A stretch of 64,000 bases of DNA from Lingula anatina (GCA_051362555.1 CM120641.1:34726401-34790400); one strand, 5' to 3'; counted from the stretch's first letter, positions 1-13,519 are shown. Notes: generated by a model not told the origin, from the letters alone. Numbers and translations: made by a program.

Positions 1-46
<46 letters not shown>
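1..46. repeat. (CA)n microsatellite
   Basis: Perfect CA dinucleotide run at the window start. Confidence 0.98.
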
Positions 47-47
<1 letters not shown>

Positions 48-1397
48 CAAGAAACATACATACACACATATATCTTATGGCTATATCCATAAGATTTCTA
101 AATACTTATCCAATAAACCTTTGTATTGTGTGTGAGGTACATGTTATGTATTTCAATGATAATCTTTACTAAGTCAAATTCCACTACGAACCACTGGATT
201 TATGACAAGTGGTGATATCAGTTCACTGTTAGGGCAAGGGAGAAAGAAGGGGACATTTTCTATATATTTCATAATGTACCAGCTCCTTAAACAGGCTGGT
301 AACACAATATCTTAAAGGCAGCAAGGTAGCTTGATATCCAAACTCAGTGGACATCCCACCTCCTTTCAAACAGCATTCACAATACCTGCTCCTTTGTTTG
401 CTTACCACGATTTATTCAACATGTACCACACCAACAGAATTCTGTACTTCAGTCTGCAGTACCCCCAACCCTTACCCTATCAGTCATTGATTTTGATGTT
501 TTTATAGAAGAACACTGCTATTCAGGCCTATGGGTTTGGGAGAATACTGCGCAACAATACCCAGAATTTGGTATCACCAAAAATCAATCTCATCATGATA
601 ACTCGCTTATAATCAAGAAAGATGAGAGCGCTTAAAGAGAGACAATCACATCAGTAATGTAAAAGATTTCTAGTTTTCATTTACTGTACTACCAAAATTA
701 CTAGCCTTTTGTTTTTATTCTACTAAGGTATGTTTTAGTGTAAGCTAAACTCTGACCAGCAACTGGACAGCATGTAGAGCTATCCATTTCACTTAACAGA
801 TGGGTTGCAGTGACCTATTCAAGGATGTCCACTTTTGCTTGTCTGTTATTGAATGGGATCAAGTGACATGACGATTCACACCAAAAGAGACTGCAGACCC
901 TATTAGTTTACTTTGAAGTGAACCATTCAAGGTTGTCCACTTTTGAGTACAATATTATAAATACAAGACAGCTTCACAAATTCAGTGAGTAGGGATTGTT
1001 ACATGTAGGAATATATATACACGGTACTAGTACAGTAACAAGCAGTAGAGAGCAGTGGGTTGAGAGTCAGCTAGAGTTGCATACAGTGTACAGAGTAGGC
1101 TGTATTGACATCAGTGTCTCATCAGAGACAGAGTACAGTAGATGTACTAGTAGATGCAACTTGTATGGTTGGTGTTCTAAAAAAATAAAGCAAGAAAACT
1201 GATTTTGTGTTGTGTGATTCTTAAATTTAGAAAACTTCAGACCGATGACAGTAATTATTGAATATAAAAATCCCTTAAGAAGTTCAATGTAAAACCCCAG
1301 GAGCAGAACTTGACAACTTAGTGGAGTGATGCAATGAAAACAATTTGGTTCTGAATGCTGGAAAATGAAAGAGTTGGTGGTTGACTACAGGAAGAAC

Positions 1398-1411
<14 letters not shown>

Positions 1412-1480
<69 letters not shown>
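1412..1480. repeat. (TA)n microsatellite after a poly-A run
   Basis: Perfect AT dinucleotide run; it explains the spurious ORF 1284..1496. Confidence 0.97.
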
Positions 1481-1484
<4 letters not shown>

Positions 1485-2773
1485 TTGAAGGTGCAAAGGT
1501 TAAAATGGCTGAGGAGTACCTTTTTTGTGGGGGGGGGGCTTATATGAACAGCAAATTAAATAGCACTCAAATTATGAAAAAATAAATCACTAAAGAAGAG
1601 ACAAGAATTTCTTTCTTGAAAAAAAAAACAAAACAGATGAGGGTTTTATAGTAACACACATTTTAAGTAGTCATCTCTTACAAAGCTTTAATACATAGAT
1701 GTTGTTTTAATGTGGGTGAATAATTACATTAATTGTACAGGATACAAAATAACATGATCTCGTGGTGTTACTGAGAAGCCTAGGGTACTGGTACTGGTAA
1801 AGCGAAAGTGGATAGCACTTATCATGTAATCCTGGTAAATTACCTCCTATCCTGCACTCCACTCCCCTCTTCAACAAGTCGCTCAAACGCATTGCAATAA
1901 TTTGTAAACAAGATCAGGAAGATCTCCAAATATCAGTATCATAATATGACAAAAACAACCATAACATATGATCAAGATCGCACAGTTCATGTACATGTAC
2001 ATAACAATCGACTGCAAACGTGAACCCGTCAATATCTTCTAGAATATGATGACACATGTCCTGCCAGTCCCTGTGTCGTAAGTTATATGCTGCATAGTTC
2101 TATTGCATACACATGTTAAGTATTACACACTTACCCATTATCCTATACCTGGGCACTGATAGCAGAATAGCGGTATTTGGAAATAAACGGAAGCACGGTG
2201 TAGTTGAATTGCAAACCCGCAGCTAAGTTGAATGAATAATCTTATTGGCTACAAAACTTCATTAAAATGTCAGGATCAAAACAACCCAAAACATTGCTTA
2301 AATAGAGTTTAAGAATATATTCAATATATTTTAGTGTTTATTTCTTCTAAAAACTTATATCAATCACACAAAAGCTGGGTAAACACTGTTCGTGAGCCAG
2401 TTATTGAGGGTGGCGTTCAGAATGAGTTAAGTCGCAAAAGCTACTGCGCACCAACTTCACCTGGACTCTCGCCAGCCCTGTCTTTAACAGCCTCCTCCTG
2501 GCGTTGAGTGGAATACAGTGAAGCTAGTGATCAAAGGAGTATTTGCTGTTCAAAACAAGAGGAGGCGTGTTCATCTGTCAATCTGATTGCGTTCAGTGAG
2601 AGTCAGCTGGGAGAGTAGGCCTACCCTTGGAGTTAGTGCGCAGAAGACCATCGGTTGGACGTACAATCTGAATGCTTTTGGTGGGGGGCGTCTCTTTTGG
2701 TGTGCGGCAGATGTAGTCATGCTGTAGTTGTTGTTTTTCAAATCGATGAACCGCACAACACACAATCAACTAA

Positions 2774-3852
2774 TATAAAAATGTAATGTTCCTAGGACTC
2801 AGAAGCGCATAGGCCTATCTATCCATATTAGAATGAAAATCGGGATTTATAAATAACGGTTAAATAAACTTCCGACTGTTTGAATATGATGTTTATCATT
2901 CAGAATTGCATGCGTGTCATATGCTGCTATCACATAGGCCTACTTGTAGCTAAGCTTGATCCTCTAAAGGTTGCAATTAATTTTTTTAATTTGATCTCTG
3001 GCTAAAATCTCATATTTTCAAAAGACGTGTGAATATTAATGTAGGGCCTAACAAGTATAGGCCTACTCCCCAAGCAAAAAGTGTCACCCCCGAATGCAAG
3101 TGTTACAGGAAATCATGTCATAAACCAACATGTTATTTTTATTCAACTTCTAAAAGAATTTTTTCAAAAAATTTTACTGATTGATCACCCAGTGAATAAG
3201 CTAACCAGAGCAAAACAATCGAATCTACATTTTAGTATTTTGTACAATATCCTCTAAATTGGACGAAGCACCTGAGGCATGTGTGCAGACGTAAAAAAGT
3301 TCTGTTAGAGGATTGATGGCGTCCCACATACGCAGAACGGTGAAAATATAGTAGGCCTAGGCCTATGAGATCATTTTTGTTTGCAGGGTTATACCTTCAG
3401 TTATCCATTTCCGATAATATCACACACATTCTCAATAAGGCTCTGATCTAGGATTGAGATGACCATAGGACCAGATGACCATTGGGGGGGGGGGGGGTTT
3501 CTGGATCTGGTTCGCATATAGGCCTAACCAGCGTACTGTTGCATTGGCTGAAGGCCTACGTGGAGAAGCATGATCATGCAGGAACACAAATGGGTGGTTA
3601 TGGTCCCCAAAGATATTCTCGGCAGAATTCCACAAGTTTCTTTTCAGTACTTGGATGTATTGCTCTGCGTTAAGGTTCCCGTTGACCATTGCCAGTTCAC
3701 CTACACCATCTTAGTAGCCAATACGCTGCGTACCATGACTGAGCGGTACGTGGGTGGGTCTTGTCTACCAGAGGCGGATAATTGGGAAGTTTTTTCTTAC
3801 CAGCTTGTCGTGTCCGACATAGATATCTTATGATGTAACGTGTTGTGGTCCA
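2774..3852 (-). mobile_element. Duplicated ~1.05 kb block (copy A) containing a degenerate Tc1-family transposase C-terminus
   Basis: The minus-strand ORF reads VNGNLNAEQYIQVLKRNL..FVFLHDHASP, like the Tc1 DDE region (F.QDNAP.H ... SPDLNPIE) but with frameshifts. A TIR-like end, TA-CTCCCCAAGCAAAAAGTG, is near 3064. A close copy lies at 19893-20915. Confidence 0.8.
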
Positions 3853-4709
3853 CGTAGGAACTGCAAGTCTTCAAAATGGTTGAATAAGTTTAAATCAGTG
3901 AAAAGGGATCCAAAAAATATTTTTTCATTTTAATACTTATCATTCATCAGCTTTTGCATTTTCCATCTATTTTATCTCAGCTGCTTATGATAAGTGTTTA
4001 AATCATCAATTAATTCTCGTAAAATATAAATAGTTTAAGTCATGAATAACCTTTAGATATACACCCAATGCATATTTTCAAAGATGCCAGTGTGTTATTG
4101 TGATGTTATACAAGTTGTTATTATTTTAACAAAAGTTAAAAGAAAATGATAAAAAAAAAACACCAGACTAAGATATGGGTCCCGTGGCAATCTTCCTTCT
4201 ACAATTTAAGTGTGAATTACTAGTAACTATGAAAACAGGAACTCACAAACAATATTACAATCACCATTTACCGAATCTGTCTTAATTATTACTTTCAACC
4301 TTAAAACATTTAAGTCAACCATGAAACAATCTATAAGAGAATTGAATTGTGTTAATGGTATGGCAACTCCTGAGAACATCTTCAGTTATAATATAATGGC
4401 AGTGTTCCAAAACCACGATACATATTAAATACAGGCTTGCTTAAATCTTGAAAGGAGAGGAAGTATTATCAAGTGTTGCACCTGCTCAGCAAAGCTGCAA
4501 ATTTTATTTTGCAGCATCACAATTTCACTAGCACAAATCAGTAATAATTGTTAGTATATTTGTAACATATTTAATATTCGTCATTTGCCTCTAATCTTCG
4601 CTAAACATTATTAAAATATTACCACACATATTTATGATAAATGTATGCATATTTGTAATAACTAAATTTTGTCATTTGCTACGGGAATGGGGGGGGGGGG
4701 GGGTCTTAA

Positions 4710-5310
4710 AAATAAAAATTTTGGGCCGCAATTCCCACAGCAAATATGAAGGAGTACCAGTAGATGAGGCCGGTGCCATGAAACTGAGGGTCCGTGTGAC
4801 AGAAAGTCCGTCCTCCATATAGTTAGGGTTAGTTTGACCTAAGTAGGTCAAAATCTAGGGCGAGGCTCACTTGTACAAATGAATGGGAAGCGGACTCTCT
4901 GTCATGGGGGACTTTCTGGTACATGTCACCGGTGATGGCACAGAAATGGGAAAATTCTTGGTTTCGTCTAGTTTTGCTTGCATAATACATTTATATAAAA
5001 TCTGATTCTCAAAATAAATGCAATCGGCAAGTATTATGCTACAGGGATGGGAGTGAGGTGTTCTTAAGAATAAAAAAATTGGGCCTTAATTCCCTCAGCA
5101 AATATAAAATAGTGCCAGTAGATAAGGACAATAATGGCACAAGGATGGAAAAAATCTTGGTTTTGTTTAGTTTTGCTTGCTATATGCATTTATATAATAA
5201 ATTGGGCCTCAATTCCCACAGCAAAAAAAAAAAATAGTGCCAGTAGGTAAGGATTACAATGGCACAGGAATGGGAAAAAACTAGTTTTTTTTTCTCGTTT
5301 TACTTGTGTT
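4710..5310. repeat. Three diverged copies of a ~120-bp repeat; the first is interrupted by a MITE
   Basis: TTGGGCC..AATTCCC(A/T)CAGCAAA...CCAGTAG...ATGGCACA recurs near 4720, 5079 and 5202. Confidence 0.7.
4770..4932. mobile_element. MITE with terminal and internal inverted repeats
   Basis: Ends are CCGGTGCCATG and CATGTCACCGG; internal inverted pair TGACAGAAAGTCCG / CGGACTCTCTGTCA. Confidence 0.7.
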
Positions 5311-5460
5311 ATAGTCAAACACATATACATTTATACACAATGTACCCCTTCGTTAACATTAAGAGGTGTTGGGTTCTTAAATCTACAGTGGGATTTATTT
5401 AAGTAAGATAGTTACTTCTCTAATTTGACTCAGGAAAGTATAGGTAACGGCTCGAGTTAT

Positions 5461-5618
5461 TCCTGGGGCTCCGTAACTCAAAAGCAACGCGTATTGCGAA
5501 CAGCGATATCACATAGAGGCTACAGTGTATTACATGGGGCGAGTATGGGCGAGTTACGGAATCGAGACGCTTGCGCTCGGTCGCAATGCGCAATGCTTTC
5601 GAGTTACGGGGCCCGGGA
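5461..5618. mobile_element. MITE (PIF/Harbinger-like ends)
   Basis: ~35-bp imperfect TIRs: GGGGCTCCGTAACTCAAAAGCAACGCGTATTGCGA and TCGCAATGCGCAATGCTTTCGAGTTACGGGGCCC. Confidence 0.7.
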
Positions 5619-5832
5619 GAGCAAAGTAACGCAGCACCACAGCTTTGTTCCTAAAACCAAAATTCAACTCATTACCTGAACATTGGCTAGTTTTATGGAA
5701 GAAATTGGAGTGACAGAAATAGTGACGAGATAGTAAAAGTTTTAGTGAGAGGCGAAGTTGAAGAGGATCATTTCTACTAATGATTTAACGAGCATACATG
5801 CCAGTCCATTTAAATTTATTTGCAAGTCTCGC

Positions 5833-5871
<39 letters not shown>

Positions 5872-8800
5872 ATCTGTACACGACCACTTTTTTTTACAAA
5901 AAAAAAAGAAAGAAAATTATAGAATATTTTTTATTCAACTATTATGTACAATTTTGAATATTTACAGTTGATTTAAAAAAGGACTAATAATCAGTAATGA
6001 ACTACGTAAACGCAATGAATTAATACATAGCAGTATTATCAAAAGTTCTAAGATTTTCCATCATCTTCATCTAGCGTCGGAACGCACACAGTCCGATAAT
6101 GCAGGTCTTGTGGTCGGAAACTGGTACCAGATGCTCTCGGGCCGTGGGGAAAAACCCCGTCTAAACCCTTCGTGGGGAATGCCGGGAAAGTGCCCACGCC
6201 CGGATAATTCGGTCCTTATAACATGACGAAATCGGTTTCTATTGGCACGGCGCTGCGTACAGTTCAAGAATCGTCCCGTTTTAGACAGCATTGTGTGACG
6301 GAATAACCTTTGTCTTGACTAACTATTCTCTATATATACTATACACGAGGTGAAGCATAAAAACTTATTAAAGTAATTCTTACAGAAAAAGGCACTGAAG
6401 CCAATAAAAAACTAACAAGAGACATAACAATTAAACAGAATCATTTCGACTTTATCTTGGAGAATTAAAACCATAAATAAAGTTAATCATTTTACAACTG
6501 CAAGCATCTTTCAAAACTTGATTATAGTTCTCTTTATGATAAAATGCAAACAGATTCAAGTAATATGATTATAACTCGGGAATATCAATGATTTCAACTA
6601 AACTTTGATATATAATTCGACTTAAAATACCAGGTTTCTAAAATGTAACTACCTGCATGATACAAGTACAGAATAAAGCAAGCTTGCTTCAAAATATTTC
6701 GGATCTCACATTACACTGTATGACCGCCCATGTAAACTTCAATCTGAATTTTTTTGATCCGGAGAAAAGGTGCATATGTGATGAAGTGGATGTATTTGTC
6801 AACTTTAACACTTGAGAAAATCTGAATATTAGTAATGTGAACTCTATCTTGAGAGATGACAGCATCTCTTAAGAAGAGCAGACTGTACAAAAAATATAAT
6901 GAAATATTTTCTCACACGTAAAATATTTCATTACAGATTTTGCACAATCTATCAATGTAAAATCTCTTCATGTAAAAGCGTTTACATGAAGTCAGATTTT
7001 ACAAAGATGTGAGGGTTTGTTAGTAATGTTAGTGTGCAGGTTAAGACCTTTTCAAATGCCATACTGACAAACAACTCCACATCATCAAAAGCACAAATTT
7101 GAAAAATGACCATCTCAGATTGAAACAAAACACAGACGACCACAAGTGGTGGGAATGTTTTTGTGAGCAAAAACCTATCTGCATTCAGAATGTGGATAAA
7201 GCAACTCTATATTCAAATTTATTAATATAATAATTATAGCAACTGTAGAGGTAGACTTTTCCTACAGAAGCACATCTTATTCAATTGATCTTGTATGGAA
7301 TGAAGAATTATCTTGAACCTCAGTTTTCTCTTCTGTTATTGAAATAAAATGGTTCACTGCATAAGGCATAAAATACAAATGAAATTTGATGCAATTTCAC
7401 CTTGACATGTTTGTGACCCATGAACCCCAAATATTCTCAGCATCCAAAAGACTGATACATTATTAGACTGTATTCCCACTACATTCAGTACTGTATATTG
7501 CCTTCATTACCATTCCACATTCTCTATATTTGTTTCCAGAACAAGCCGTGTCCTTCAACACCAAAACTCGTGGGATGTCCGAGCATCGATGAAAGTGTCC
7601 ACAGGGCTCCTTGCTAACGCTGTACAGTGTTTAACATCTTGGACTTTTGGTCTTGGGTCGACGTTATCTGACATCATGCAGGCGTAATTATTGGAAAACT
7701 CCCAATTCGTAGCCTACAAATGAAATCCAACTTTTACTCAAAAGTATGAAAAGCTATATCGAAAGCTTGCAGTAACTGCAACAAAGAAAGTATACCACTG
7801 GTATTTACACACCGTTAACATTAATGAAAAGCTTGGTTCTTAAAATGATCAGAGCGTTATTTCCAAATGTACAGTGAAATATGCTTCCTTTATTGAAATA
7901 TATATATTAACTTTTTAGAGTAAGTAGACAGCAGTCTTCAAAAAATAAATTATTTCAAACATTTGACAAAAAAGTAAGAAAAGATGTTGCTATATTGAAT
8001 ATTGTAATGTTAGCCTACATGTTAAATTGTTGACTGTCTGTGCTACTTCTAATTCTACTGTTTGTTTACATAGGATATAGTTTTTGATCACTGTCAATAA
8101 TAAGAAATGCCATAATACACCAATAATAATACTTAAAAAATTCAGAACCACTTTTCTTAAGTTGTTGATCCCCAATAACTTACAAAGTTATCTGTATAAA
8201 GATCCCTCAATCCTGAAGAAGTGTTTCATCTGGAGGTTTGGTAGTTGCAATCTTCATTTTTAGAATCCACCACTTTTGGTAGCCTGCAAATTAAAATTAT
8301 TATTTCAAAATGTAATAAAAGTCAACCATTTGTATATGAAATGTGTTTTTAAAGTTTCAGCAGTTTGATGGGAAATAAATATCAAAAGCACTTTTGTCAC
8401 AAACTTGGAAAAAACATTCACGCGAAATATTTTGACATGCCACTGGCGACCTTCAGACTTAATGTCACAATGGGGTATTGCACAAATTAGTTTTAACGAA
8501 GGAAAAGGAACACTAACAGCATTTAAACGACTCTACTCAAAGACAAGTTTAAGTAAAGCCTGAACAATCTAGATCCAGCGGGAGGAGTGTACTAGTATTC
8601 CATCAAGTGTTTAATTTGTAAAGGATTTATATGGGACAGACAAAGAGAAAGTTGAACGTTAGAGTTAAAGAACACGGGAAGGAATAAGAAAGGGTACCCG
8701 AAGAGGGAAAAATACACTACAGCCCAAGGTAGCCTTCTGCTACAACGAACCATCACAAAAAAACATTGATTGGGAGAGTGCCAAGATTCTACAAAAAGAA

Positions 8801-10377
8801 AGTGACTGGAGAACAAGAGGCGTAAAGGGAGGCATATAAACCAGGAAAATGCCTAACAATCTGAACAATATAGAGAGATGGAAATAAATACTTCTACGGT
8901 GGCCTTTTATTATGACAACGTCCTGCAGAATATTGAGACTGTTGAGGATCTGAAAGTTGACGAATGGCATGTCAAAATATTTTGTATGAATGATAAGGTT
9001 TTTCCACATCTGTGACAAATTAAAAGAGCTTTTTACCTGTGAAAAATGAGCACTGAATTTGCTAGAGTAAATTGTAAATGGAAAACAAATGCCTGCACCG
9101 AGTGACAGGTCCCAAACATTCTTAAAACAATTGTCTAAGACCTTGCACAAAATGCTCAGTTTGTTGGAGTTGCACTGATAAAAGATTTGTATTATCTATA
9201 CAATGAATGACAATCTAGTTCATTTACCCTTATCCTGTCCCATAACTTACCTTGAATGCTCTCTAATCACAACTATTGAAGGGCTCTTGAAACACTTTAT
9301 GATATAGCTGACATGGCTTTCTCCATTTTAGCCTTGTTAACCTTGTTAAAATGGACCGTCATCAGGACAGGCGCTCGCCAATGCTATCTGCCTCAACTAC
9401 AAAATAAAAAATTATAAGACAAAAGTTTCCCTCTTTACTTCTCCCACCCAAATCCAATCTACTAACCATAAATATCTTAATCCTAGGAGTGGGTCATGGG
9501 TAAAAGACATTGCCTTCTGAATGTGAGCTGTCAAATTAATGTGGCTAACGGTTTTTAGTTTTTCAAGGTATGAAAAATCACTTAAGTGTTTTGTTTTCCC
9601 CAAAAAGCATGAGTGATATGTACCTTTTAAGGCTTGATAGGTTTCCATCTCTGTGAAACGCCATATGCTTCTGATGCTCCCCCATGCAGCCCCCTAACAT
9701 ACAGACCATGGCAGGACAACCATGCACCAAGGATTGAATGTGACCCTCTTCTTGCACCTCTTTCAAAAAAGCGGGACTTTATCAGGAATTGCCCTAATTG
9801 AGTTCTGTAAATAGAAAGGAAAATTTGATTAGTTTTCAAAAATTGTATATCAAAAGCAGTCTGCAGCCAGAAAAATTGTTGGAATCGGTAGATTTCCAGA
9901 ATGTGTCAATTTGGTGACATGGCTGTTAGATTTTTTCTATAAGTATGAAAAAGAGCTTTTGATTTATTTTAAATGCAACTGTTACATCATGATTCGAGAA
10001 AAATGTCAAGGTCTTGTTAATACAAATATTAATGCAATCCAGTCTAGTCCTATTGAACTTTGTATTCGAACCAGTGAATCAAGATTCAGACATCTATATC
10101 TAGTTTTTAGGAAAGAAGGTGGACTGAATGGCCAGTAGGGTGAAAAGTTTATGGCACAGACTGCTGCTGAAAAAATTTTAGTGTATTGTTCTCGCCAGTA
10201 ACACGGGTTACCTTGCAGGTCTTTCCGCCTCAGTGAAACACCATAAGCTTCAGACGCTTCTCCAATGCAGCCTCCTCAACAGACCGTGGCAGGACTCACT
10301 GGCACCAAGGATTGAGGGATGTATCGGAAGTGTGCACGTGGCCCTCTTCTCCTTGCAGTTGCCATGAAACGTTGGAC

Positions 10378-11272
10378 AGGACTCGCTGGACGCTTCCTAG
10401 TGCAGCCACCTCGTAGACAGACCATGGCAGGACTCGATGGACGCTTCCCCAGTGCAGCCACCTCGTAGACGGACCATGGCAGGACTCGCTGGACGCTTCC
10501 CCAGTGCAGCCACCTCGTAGACGGACCATGGCAGGACTCGCTGGACGCTTCCCCAGTGCAGCCACCTCGAAGCCGGACCATGACAGGACTCGCTGGACGC
10601 TTCCCCAGTGCAGCCACCTCGTAGACAGACCATGGCAGGACTCGCTGGACGCTTCCCCAGTGCAGCCACTTCGTAGACAGACCGTGGCAAGACTCGCTGG
10701 ACGCTTCCCCTGTGTCGCCACCTCGTAGACAGACCGTGGCAGGACTCGCTGGACGCTTCCCCGGTGCAGCCACCTCGTAGACAGACCATGACAGGACTCG
10801 CTGGACGCTTCCCCGGTGAAGCCACCTCGTAGACAGACCATGGCAGGACTCGCTGGACGCTTCCCCTTTGCCGCCACCTCGTAGACAGACCGTGGCAGGA
10901 CTCGCTGGACGCTTCCCCAGTGCAGCCACTTCGTAGACAGACCGTGGCAAGACTCGCTGGACGCTTCCTCAGTGCAGCCACCTCGTAGACAGACCGTGGC
11001 AGGACTCGCTGGACGCTTCCCCGGTGCAGCCACCTCGTAGACAGACCATGACAGGACTCGCTGGACGCTTCCCCTGTGCCGCCACCTCGTAGACAGACCA
11101 TGGCAGGACTCGCTGGACGCTTCCCCTGTGCCGCCACCTCGTAGACAGACCATGGCAGGACTCGCTGGACGCTTCCCCAGTGAAGCCACCTCGTAGAGAG
11201 ACCATGGCAGGACTCGCTGGACGCTTCCCCAGTGAAGCCACCTCGTAGAGAGACCATGGCACGACTCGCTGG
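10378..11272 (-). repeat. GC-rich 52-bp tandem repeat, ~17 copies, no stop codon in any minus-strand frame
   Basis: Plus-strand unit AGGACTCGCTGGACGCTTCCCCAGTGCAGCCACCTCGTAGACAGACCATGGC at 52-bp spacing (10429, 10481, 10533 ... 11261). It produces the overlapping minus-strand ORFs in the track. Confidence 0.97.
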
Positions 11273-11333
11273 CTCCAAGGGATGGTCGAAGTAGCTTAAG
11301 TGTAGACGTGGGGTGTCTCCTTGCAGGTGTGTC

Positions 11334-13189
11334 CTGTAAACAGAAATAAAAACGAGATTAGATTTCTTTCATTTCTCAAACCCCCCTTCCAAAAAGAAAA
11401 AAGATTACATACCTTAAGGAGTGTAGTCGAAGTCCCACAGGTGGCGCCCATCATCTTCTATGTCCTGTAAACAGAAATAAAAACGAGATTAGATTTCTTT
11501 CATTTCTCAATCCCCCCTTCCAAAAAGAAAAAAAGATTACATACCTTAAGGAGTGTAGTCGAAGTCCCACAGGTGGCGCCCATCATCTTCAATGTCCTGT
11601 AAACAGAAATAAAAACGAGATTAGATTTCTTTCATTTCTCAATCCCCCCTTCCAAAAAGAAAAAAAGATTACATACCTTAAGGAGTGTAGTCGAAGTCCC
11701 ACAGGTGGCGCCCATCATCTTCTATGTCCTGTAAACAGAAATAAAAACGAGATTAGATTTCTTTCATTTCTCAAACCCCCCTTCCAAAAAGAAAAAAAGA
11801 TTACATACCTTAAGGAGTGTAGTCGAAGTCCCACAGGTGGCGTCCATCAACTTCTATGTCCTGTAAACAGAAATAAAAACGAGATTAGATTTCTTTCATT
11901 TCTCAATCCCCCCTTCCAAAAAGAAAAAAAGATTACATACCTTAAGGAGTGTAGTCGAAGTCCCACAGGTGGCGCCCATCATCTTCTATGTCCTGTAAAC
12001 AGAAATAAAAACGAGATTAGATTTCTTTCATTTCTCAAACCCCCCTTCCAAAAAGAAAAAAAGATTACATACCTTAAGGAGTGTAGTCGAAGTCCCACAG
12101 GTGGCGTCCATCAACTTCTATGTCCTGTAAACAGAAATAAAAACGAGATTAGATTTCTTTCATTTCTCAAACTCCCCTTCCAAAAAGAAAAAAAGATTAC
12201 ATACCTTAAGGAGTGTAGTCGAAGTCCCACAGGTGGCGCCCATCATCTTCTATGTCCTGTAAACAGAAATAAAAACGAGATTAGATTTCTTTCATTTCTC
12301 AAACCCCCCTTCCAAAAAGAAAAAAGATTACATACCTTAAGGAGTGTAGTCGAAGTCCCACAGGTGGCGCCCATCATCTTCTATGTCCTGTAAACAGAAA
12401 TAAAAACGAGATTAGATTTCTTTCATTTCTCAAACTTCCCTTCCAAAAAGAAAAAAAGATTACATACCTTAAGGAGTGTAGTCGAAGTCCCACAGGTGGC
12501 GCCCATCATCTTCAATGTCCTGTAAACAGAAATAAAAACGAGATTAGATTTCTTTCATTTCTCAAACTCCCCTTCCAAAAAGAAAAAAAGATTACATACC
12601 TTAAGGAGTGTAGTCGAAGTCCCACAGGTGGCGCCCATCATCTTCTATGTCCTGTAAACAGAAATGAAAACGAGATTAGATTTCTTTCATTTCTCAAACT
12701 TCCCTTCCAAAAAGAAAAAAAGATTACATACCTTAAGGAGTGTAGTCGAAGTCCCACAGGTGGCGCCCATCATCTTCTATGTCCTGTAAACAGAAATAAA
12801 AAAGAGATTAGATTTCTTTCATTTCTCAAACTTCCTTTCCAAAAAGAAAAAAAGATAACATACCTTAAGGAGTGTAGTCGAAGTCCCACAGGTGGCGCCC
12901 ATCATCTTCTATGTCCTGTAAACAGAAATAAAAACGAGATTAGATTTCTTTCATTTCTCAAACTCTCCTTCCAAAAAGAAAAAAAGATTACATACCTTAA
13001 GGAGTGTAGTCGAAGTCCCACAGGTGGCGCCCATCATCTTCTATGTCCTGTAAACAGAAATAAAAACGAGATTAGATTTCTTTCATTTCTCAAACTCCCC
13101 TTCCAAAAAGAAAAAAGATTACATACCTTAAGGAGTGTAGTCGAAGTCCCACAGGTGGCGCCCACCAGTTTGCAGTCTGCTTCCTGGAC
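11334..13189 (-). repeat. 132-bp tandem array, 14 units, each a 52-nt exon-like segment plus a 79-80 nt intron-like segment
   Basis: CTTAAGGAGTGTAG starts at 11413, 11545, 11677, 11809, 11941, 12073, 12205, 12336, 12468, 12600, 12732, 12864, 12996 and 13127. On the minus strand each unit has a donor AAG|GTATGT, a branch-like CTAAT, a pyrimidine tract and an acceptor TTTACAG|G. Confidence 0.95.
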
Positions 13190-13519
13190 CTGTAATAAAA
13201 AGAAACCTGGAAAGCATGGGAATATGCAATGACACTACGACTCCAGCCCACGACAGCAAAAAGGTGAAGTATCCTGCGAAGATGACCGAGCGACGATTCC
13301 TCGTGAGGAGAAGCGAAGATTTTAGCTGGCCAGCTAAGAGAAACGCCGAATCCACCGTCTAGACGTCTGCGTGTGCAGGGAACAATATGTCGAAGAGCGA
13401 TGCGTTGACGTAGGATGAGTAGAAGATTCGGAGAAATGGGAGTCGACTCCCGTGTCCTTTGTGCTTGATACAGGGCGCAGCACATGGCATCCGTCCTGTT
13501 GCTCTAGATCTGTCCGCTG

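Noticed and set aside
11334-13189. CRISPR-like array
   Set aside because: There are no unique spacers; the units are near-identical throughout, the context is eukaryotic and no cas genes are present.
13090-13485. 131-aa ORF after the TATA/Inr as a protein-coding first exon
   Set aside because: No recognisable domain, and it reads through a good splice acceptor and into the repeat intron. Not excluded, but unsupported.
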